DNA of 64,000 nt, taken from assembly GCF_006345805.1 (NCBI RefSeq), contig NC_043000.1:6324001-6388000 (forward strand). The letters run 5' to 3'. Both the position numbers and the translations under genes were made by a program. Below, piece after piece: positions 63,619 through 64,000 of the stretch (positions within the stretch are counted from its first letter, which is position 1; each line of letters starts with the position of its first letter). The notes beneath the pieces are model-generated. The model searched no databases, was not told the origin of the DNA, and worked only from the letters and a program-made list of their open reading frames with translations. Source of the DNA: Octopus sinensis. Its lineage: Eukaryota.

Positions 63619-64000
63619 TTTTGAAGCTTGTTACAAGCGCCTAAGCTTGTCCCTTACAAACCAGAAAGTCTTACTGTCAGCAACATGATTCAAGGTACCT
63701 GAAATCACCAACCTCCTTGAATTTTGTGTCATCATTGGAACAAACTGGCAGGAGTGCTTCCATCTTCATCAATGGTCATTTATTCAGTCATCTTTGTATA
63801 GAGAAACCAATATCAACAGAGCATGTATCTCTCTGACCTTCATTAGGCTAATTATTTTTTCTCCTCGCAGCTCGTCAGCTGAAGATGTGCAAGTCTTGTT
63901 AACATCCCCTGTGGATGTTGCTGCCACAGTCCATCTGTGGCCCTCATTTGATCTATTTATACATTTCTTATTCTAGGTGCTGCATGAAGCTCTTAACTGT
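63619..64000 (-). mobile_element. RTEX/RTE LINE RT remnant (right part, continues past window edge)
   Basis: DLHIF/ADEL (FADD-like), FKEVGDFRYL and ACNKLQ. Collinear with 62050-62325 across the mariner insertion. Confidence 0.75.

Overview
AT-rich, repeat-saturated animal genomic DNA. The SINE families, microsatellite load and transposon types point to an octopod cephalopod (inference from repeat families, not a database hit). Most ORF-track entries are microsatellite or SINE artefacts. The host-gene content I can support is limited. (1) A multi-exon + strand gene at ~3.35-19.5 kb. Its splice phases chain together, but it has an in-frame TGA and a +1 homopolymer frameshift. (2) A strong first coding exon on the - strand at 37018-37249 with an RFxV motif, lying in a CpG-retaining promoter domain at ~32.4-38 kb. 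(3) A few weak isolated exon candidates. The rest is transposon debris: four tRNA/LINE-tail SINE families, R4/Dong, RTE/RTEX, CR1 and Penelope-like retroelements, mariner/Tc1/maT, piggyBac- and Merlin-like MITEs, Helentron-like elements and a solo LTR. The most novel signal is a set of self-cleaving-ribozyme-like motifs in the retroelements. Three minimal type-I hammerhead folds have non-canonical cores in which positions 3 and 8 stay complementary (C-G, G-C, U-A). A fourth, decayed copy has its predicted cleavage site exactly at an inverted-repeat breakpoint. An HDV-like pseudoknot sits at an RTE 5' end. All structures were folded by eye and need computational and biochemical confirmation.
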